DNA of 64,000 bases, taken from positions 32,596 through 96,595 of the forward strand of contig CABZIW010000004.1 in NCBI GenBank assembly GCA_902526005.1, written 5' to 3'. Source of the DNA: an uncultured Pelagibacteraceae bacterium (GTDB taxonomy: Bacteria > Pseudomonadota > Alphaproteobacteria > Pelagibacterales > AG-422-B15). Shown here piece after piece: positions 59,501-64,000 of the stretch (its first letter is position 1; every line of letters starts with the position of its first letter). The notes under the pieces are model-generated. The model had not been told where the DNA came from. It searched no databases and saw nothing but the letters and a program-made list of their open reading frames with translations. Position numbers and translations under genes: made by a program.

Positions 59501-61945
59501 CTATACTAATATTTTTTCTCTGCCTGGATCATAAAAACAATTTATTGACCCCTCTGCAGAATATTTAGTTTCTGCAACTTCAATTTCAAATTTTTGATGA
59601 CTCATCATTTCTTCAATAGAATAGCTGTCATTGTTTGAAATGTAACCCATGCCCAATGATTTGTCTAAGTAGAAACCATACATACCTGAAGAAATTTCAC
59701 CAACAATCTTACCGTCAAAATAGATTGGCTCATTGTGATAAATTAATAAGTCATTGTTAGATAATGCAAAATTTACTTTTCTTTTACTGAGACCAGATTT
59801 CTTCTTTTCTTCAAGTGCTGCCTGTCCTAAAAAAGGATTCTTTTTATTAAGATTTACACAAAATCCAACACCCGCTTCAAAAGGGTTTTCCTCAACTCCA
59901 ATATCATGCCCCCAATGAAGATATCCTTTTTCCATTCTCAGTGAATTTAGTGCATGATAGCCTGCAAGTTTTACTGGGCTCTTTCCATTTTTTGCATAAA
60001 CAACATCGAATACTTTTTCCAAATTATTATAAGGAATGTATATTTCAAAACCCAGCTCGCCTACATATGTTATTCTATGAAGCCTACATTCAGTGCCGCC
60101 AAGATTTATTTTCTTAGAAAATCCAAACGGTAATGTTTCATTTGAAATATCCTCATTACATATTCTTTGAAGGTGCTCCCTTGAGTTGGGTCCCATTATT
60201 GAAAGACAGCCATATTGTTTCGTAACGTCAATAATTTCTATATTTTTAAATTTTTTTGAATGAGATAATAACCAGTAATAGTCTTTATTATGTGCAGTTG
60301 GACCTGTAACAAACATATATTCATTTTCACTTATTCTCGTAAAAGTAATGTCACCTTCTGTTCCAGCTTCGTCATTTAACATTTGTGTATATATAATTCG
60401 CCCAACTGGTACATTCATCTCACTTACACACATATAATTTAAAAAATTAACTACATCATCTCCTCGAATAATAAACTTAGAAAAAGATGTAAGTTCAAAT
60501 AAGCCAATATCATTTCTTACAGCAACACATTCGCTCCTTACGTTTTCAAACCAGTTTTGTTTATGATACGAGTATTGATATTGAGGTCTTTGACCATTAT
60601 TGGTAAACCAATTTGGCCTTTCCCATCCAGCCGCTTCTCCAAAGCAAGCTCCTTCTTTTTCAAGTTGGGCGTAAAGTGGTGATTTAATTTTGTTTCTAGA
60701 AGTTTCAAATTGATAGTATGGCCAATGCACAGCATACAAGAGCCCAAGTGTTTCAGAGCTTCTTTCTCTTAGATATTCATCATCATCTTGAAAATCTAAT
60801 ACTCTAGCGACATCTACATCCCACAAATCAATCTTACTTTTGTCATTTATAATCCAATCAGCCATAACTTTGCCAACTCCTCCAGCAGATTGTATTCCTA
60901 TTGAATTGAAGCCAGTTGAAACAAATATATTTTCTTTGTAAGGAACTTTGCCTAAATAATACCTATCATCAGGTGTGAAGCTTTCAGGTCCATTAAAATA
61001 TGTTTTAATGCCAAGCTCATTCAGTATTGGAAGCCTATCCATTGCTTCCATTAAAATAGGTCCGAAATGATCAAGATCGTTTGGCAAACTATCAAATTCG
61101 AAATCCTCAGGAATACCGTTCATGCCCCAAGGTTTTGCTTTCTTTTCAAAGGCGCCTATTAAAAGTTTTCCAGCGTCTTCCTTCACATAAATATAGGCAT
61201 CTGGGTTTCTTAAGATGGGTAAATTTTTTGGTATATCTTCTGAATATTCAGTTACAGCGTAAAAATGTTCACATGCATGCAGAGGAATATTTACCCCGCA
61301 CATTTTACCTACTTCCCTACTCCACATTCCAGCAGATATAACAATCTTATCACATGTAATATCACCTAGTTCTGTGATAACTTTTGTGACTTTGTCACCT
61401 TCTTGTTCGATTGAAATGACTTTGTTATTTTCAATAATGTTTGCACCCATTCTTCTTGCTTCTTTTGCAAGGCACATTGTAATGTCTACCGGGTTAATTT
61501 GACCGTCCTGAGGCAAAAACCAAGCTCCTTTTACATGCTTTGTATCTAGAAGTGGGTATTTCTCTTTTACTTCATCAATTGAAATTTCATTTATTTCCAA
61601 TCCATAACTTCGACCCATTGACGCGCCTCTGCTCATTTCTTGATAACGTCCCTCATTTTCAGCAATAGAAACTGAACCATTTATCAAAAATCCAGCTGAT
61701 AGATCTTCTTTCTGATTAAGCTTATGATAAAGCTCCGTTGAATACTTGGCCATTTTTGTAAGATTTTTTGTTGCCCTTAATTGACCAACCAATCCAGCTG
61801 CATGCCAAGTTGTACCACAAGTTAGACTCTTTCTCTCAACCAATGTGACCTGAACATTTCTCTCAGCAAGGTGGTATGCAATGCTTGTACCAGCAATGCC
61901 TCCTCCAATAATGACAACCTCTGTGTGTGAAGGAAGCTTTGACAT
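59501..61945 (-). CDS. Dimethylglycine/sarcosine-dehydrogenase-like flavoprotein (FAD oxidoreductase fused to a GcvT-like folate-binding domain)
   Basis: 814 aa. VVIIGGGIAGTS dinucleotide fold, covalent-FAD-type His context GTTWHAAGL, C-terminal aminomethyltransferase fold. Confidence 0.88.
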   Translation of the reverse strand: MSKLPSHTEVVIIGGGIAGTSIAYHLAERNVQVTLVERKSLTCGTTWHAAGLVGQLRATKNLTKMAKYSTELYHKLNQKEDLSAGFLINGSVSIAENEGRYQEMSRGASMGRSYGLEINEISIDEVKEKYPLLDTKHVKGAWFLPQDGQINPVDITMCLAKEARRMGANIIENNKVISIEQEGDKVTKVITELGDITCDKIVISAGMWSREVGKMCGVNIPLHACEHFYAVTEYSEDIPKNLPILRNPDAYIYVKEDAGKLLIGAFEKKAKPWGMNGIPEDFEFDSLPNDLDHFGPILMEAMDRLPILNELGIKTYFNGPESFTPDDRYYLGKVPYKENIFVSTGFNSIGIQSAGGVGKVMADWIINDKSKIDLWDVDVARVLDFQDDDEYLRERSSETLGLLYAVHWPYYQFETSRNKIKSPLYAQLEKEGACFGEAAGWERPNWFTNNGQRPQYQYSYHKQNWFENVRSECVAVRNDIGLFELTSFSKFIIRGDDVVNFLNYMCVSEMNVPVGRIIYTQMLNDEAGTEGDITFTRISENEYMFVTGPTAHNKDYYWLLSHSKKFKNIEIIDVTKQYGCLSIMGPNSREHLQRICNEDISNETLPFGFSKKINLGGTECRLHRITYVGELGFEIYIPYNNLEKVFDVVYAKNGKSPVKLAGYHALNSLRMEKGYLHWGHDIGVEENPFEAGVGFCVNLNKKNPFLGQAALEEKKKSGLSKRKVNFALSNNDLLIYHNEPIYFDGKIVGEISSGMYGFYLDKSLGMGYISNNDSYSIEEMMSHQKFEIEVAETKYSAEGSINCFYDPGREKILV

Positions 61946-61953
61946 ACAAGATG

Positions 61954-63276
61954 CTAGTATTTTACTAATACCTCTTTAATTCTTTGAAGCATTTCATCTA
62001 TGTGTTTTTCTTCAGCAATTAATGCAGGAGCAACTATACCAGCATCCCCAGTAAATTTTATGTGAACACCATTAGCAAACGTCTTCTTTTGAGCATCATA
62101 TCCTCTCACGCCAGGGTTTTTATCAATCGCTAGATCAAAAGCAGCCATCATTCCATCAGCTCTTACATCTGTAACAATTGGTATATCCTGAAATGCATCA
62201 AACACAGCGTCTATGAAATATGGTGACATCTTTTCTGCTCTCGCAAACACATCCTCTTTCTCATATACATCCAAAGTAGCAAGAGAAGCTGCTACACAAG
62301 CTGGATGACCTGAGTAAGTATATCCGTGAAAAAACTCTACTCCGTGCTCTGGTCCATTATCAACAATTGCATTGTAAATTTTATCTGAAACACCAACTGC
62401 CCCCATAGGCTGCGCTCCATTGGTAATAGCCTTTGCCATAGTAATCATATCAGGCTGTACATTGTATTTCACAGCCCCAAATGATTTTCCTGTTCTCCCA
62501 AAACCAGTTATTACTTCGTCAAAAACAAGAACAATTCCATATTTATCACAAATTTCTCTTAGCCTTTCTAAATATCCAATAGGTGGAACAATGGTTCCTG
62601 TTGAGCCAGCAATGGGTTCAACGAAACACCCAGCAATAGACTCGGGACCATACATTTCTACGAACCTCTGAAGATCCTCAGCAAGATGAGCTCCATGTTG
62701 CGGCTGACCTTTTGTGTATTTATTTTCTTCTAACCAAGTGTGTCTTAAATGAATAACTCCAGGCATTGTTGCAGTAAATATCTCACGGTTTTTAATCATG
62801 CCGCTTAAAGAAGTACCTCCGATATTTACACCATGGTATGCGCGCTCTCTTGATACAAATCTTACACGTTGCGATTGTCCAATTGCGTGCTGATATGCCT
62901 GAATTATTTTAATTGCAGAGTCTATTGCAGTAGATCCACAAATTGTGAAGAATACATTGTTTAAATCACCCGGTAGAAGATTTGCTACTTTCTCAGCTAA
63001 TGCAAAAGCAGGTAAATGAGAAACTTGGAAGCTTGGAGAGTAATCTAATTTTAACAATTGCTGATGTACAGCTTCAGCTATTTCTTTTCTGCCGTGTCCC
63101 AATGGAACACAAAATAGACCGGATGAAGCATCTATTACCTGGTCACCTTTATGGTTCCAGTAGTATACTCCCTCACCTCTGTCTAATAATCTTGGATCCT
63201 TCTTAAAGTCTTTATTTGCAGTAAAAGGTAAGAAATAATTTTCCAAAGAATTAGTCGTAGGTGTAGTATTTGCCAT
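61954..63276 (-). CDS. Class III aminotransferase, omega-amino acid:pyruvate type (BauA / taurine-pyruvate aminotransferase-like)
   Basis: 440 aa. LPFTANKDFKKDPRLL N-terminus as in beta-alanine--pyruvate transaminases, DEVITGFGRTG, PLP Lys in MITMAKAITNG. Confidence 0.9.
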   Translation of the reverse strand: MANTTPTTNSLENYFLPFTANKDFKKDPRLLDRGEGVYYWNHKGDQVIDASSGLFCVPLGHGRKEIAEAVHQQLLKLDYSPSFQVSHLPAFALAEKVANLLPGDLNNVFFTICGSTAIDSAIKIIQAYQHAIGQSQRVRFVSRERAYHGVNIGGTSLSGMIKNREIFTATMPGVIHLRHTWLEENKYTKGQPQHGAHLAEDLQRFVEMYGPESIAGCFVEPIAGSTGTIVPPIGYLERLREICDKYGIVLVFDEVITGFGRTGKSFGAVKYNVQPDMITMAKAITNGAQPMGAVGVSDKIYNAIVDNGPEHGVEFFHGYTYSGHPACVAASLATLDVYEKEDVFARAEKMSPYFIDAVFDAFQDIPIVTDVRADGMMAAFDLAIDKNPGVRGYDAQKKTFANGVHIKFTGDAGIVAPALIAEEKHIDEMLQRIKEVLVKY

Positions 63277-63325
63277 ATAGATCCTCTCAAATCAGTAAAA
63301 GTTATAAGTATTATAGTAGTCTTAT

Positions 63326-64000
63326 TTATGCTGCTTGACTAGAGCTACCGCTCTTGTGGAAACTCTCATTTTTAGCTGCCATATCACGAAGCATTTTACA
63401 TGGAGTAAATCTTTCTCCATATTTTTGTGCAAGTTTATCAGCTTCAGCCACAAATTCTTTAACACCAACCATATCGATGAAGGATAGTGGACCTCCGGTC
63501 CATGGTGCCATTCCCCAACCGAGTATTGCCCCAATGTCTGCATCTCTAACATCTGTTAGTACGTTTTCTTCATAGCATTTAGCAGTTTCAAGCGCTTGAA
63601 TATAAAGAAACCTTTTCTTTAATTCCTCAACATCAGGTTGATCGTCACATTCTTTGCATAAGTTAGACAGTTCAGGCCATAGGTATTTTTTTCCATTTTC
63701 AGGATACTCGTAAAAGCCTTTATTGTTTTTCTTTCCAAACCTTCCTTGCTTTTCAACCATTTCTTCCATAATTGAATACATTGGAGTTATTGGAAATTCT
63801 TTACCTTCTGCTTCAAAGTCTTTTTTCGTTTGAGTTGTAACTTTCCAAGCTAAATCTAACGCTACAGCATCAGAAAGAGCCAGAGGAGCCATTGGCATAC
63901 CTGTCATCTTACCAGCATTTTCAATTAGAGCAGGTTTTATACCCTCTGCTAACATTGCAACACCTTCACCAGTGTATGTCCCAAATACACGACTTGTATA
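63326..64000 (-). CDS. 3-hydroxyacyl-CoA dehydrogenase, C-terminal part (FadB/FadJ-like; N-terminus lies right of the window)
   Basis: The reading frame is open to position 64000. Tandem 3HCDH C-terminal domain features are present (GFYEY, DADIGAILGWGMAPWTGGPLSFID). Confidence 0.8.
   Translation of the reverse strand, partial: YTSRVFGTYTGEGVAMLAEGIKPALIENAGKMTGMPMAPLALSDAVALDLAWKVTTQTKKDFEAEGKEFPITPMYSIMEEMVEKQGRFGKKNNKGFYEYPENGKKYLWPELSNLCKECDDQPDVEELKKRFLYIQALETAKCYEENVLTDVRDADIGAILGWGMAPWTGGPLSFIDMVGVKEFVAEADKLAQKYGERFTPCKMLRDMAAKNESFHKSGSSSQAA

Overview
This window is AT-rich (about 30-33% GC by eye), very tightly packed, and has alphaproteobacterial gene order. It looks like a streamlined marine lineage (SAR11/Pelagibacterales-like or AEGEAN-169/HIMB59-like), but the taxon is an inference only. 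About 90% of it is core housekeeping. On the minus strand: hup(partial)-lon-clpX-clpP-tig-tRNA-Leu; tgt-queA-ppi-coaD-gyrA-ssb, with ssb divergent from uvrA; and one long block dgt-argS-(SPOR remnant)-nagZ-scpA-scpB-[DUF1111 + Fe3+ ABC transporter]-tatABC-serS-surE-yajC-secDF. On the plus strand there is a glnB-glnII-glnA nitrogen cluster, scattered acyl-CoA genes, and parE. The least ordinary part is 49-64 kb. It holds an agmatinase-family ureohydrolase with a PotABCD-like ABC importer (Tat-exported binding protein, permease with an extra TM plus acidic tail), a stand-alone MetE-like methyltransferase, alanine dehydrogenase, a SAM methyltransferase, and an operon of omega-aminotransferase, DMGDH-like flavoprotein and sulfoacetaldehyde acetyltransferase (Xsc). 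I read this as an aminosulfonate / guanidino / N-methyl compound catabolic locus whose exact substrates are not predictable from known systems. I see no rRNA, CRISPR array, transposase, integrase, prophage or recognisable defence system. Non-coding signals I can support: one tRNA, one clean intrinsic terminator inside an ABC operon, a long sense-specific hairpin in the iron operon, strong Fur-box matches, and a weak sigma32-like promoter. All nine convergent gene junctions have 1 nt of spacer or less. All functional calls come from motif and family recognition by eye; no searches were run.
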